A DNA stretch of 64,000 nt, from the NCBI RefSeq assembly GCF_006345805.1, contig NC_043019.1:15003360-15067359 (forward strand), read 5' to 3'. How positions within the stretch are numbered: the stretch's first letter is position 1; each line of letters begins with the position of its first letter. Shown in pieces: positions 63,738-64,000 of this stretch. A program made the translations under genes and the position numbers. The notes beneath the pieces were generated by a model. It saw only the letters and a list, made by a program, of their open reading frames with translations, searched no databases and had not been told where the DNA came from. Origin of the DNA: Octopus sinensis (Eukaryota).

Positions 63738-64000
63738 AAAAGAAAACACAAAAAAAAAAAATGATTAAATAAGGGAGATAAGTCAAATGGGATTGAACAA
63801 ATGGTGAGTGAAAACATTCACCTGAATACCTTTTTTTTGTTTTTGTTTTTTTTTTTTATTATTATTATTTCATATTATTTGTAGAAAATAGTGTTCAATA
63901 ATAACAATTGCAACATGATTGGGGCATTGTCTGCCACCCCGAGTCATCATCCATTTTTTAAAAATCTTGTCACATTCAACAGTTCACTTCACAAACTGGC

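Overview
Eukaryotic, AT-rich, microsatellite-dense genomic DNA. The SINE repertoire points to a cephalopod, most likely Octopus (inference; no database search possible). Two divergently oriented protein-coding genes are supported. (1) The first coding exon of a histidine acid phosphatase (RHGARTP motif, ACP6-like) on the minus strand at 1045-1821, with an unusually long N-terminus; the gene runs off the left edge. (2) Three in-phase exons (28709-29027, 34952-35089, 43202-43404) of a divergent CDC20/Fizzy-family APC/C co-activator on the plus strand (C-box DRYIPFR, start of the WD40 propeller). No further exons were found after the 100-N gap at 44204-44303. The rest is transposon-derived: three tRNA-derived SINE families, RTE and CR1 LINE fragments, Tc1/pogo, piggyBac-like, Mutator-like and Helentron-like non-autonomous elements, a 10 x 168-bp SINE-derived tandem array and a 10 x 600-bp array. 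The most distinctive pattern is a set of insertions sharing the architecture (TA)n - element - inverted copy of the element's own interior - (TA)n, ranging from a 70-bp hairpin to the 6.3-kb array. Several decayed hammerhead-ribozyme-like motifs also occur, and together these suggest Penelope-like or retrozyme-type retroelements targeting (TA)n. No intact ribozyme, CRISPR array, rRNA or true tRNA gene was found. Most long ORFs in the track are microsatellite or SINE artefacts.
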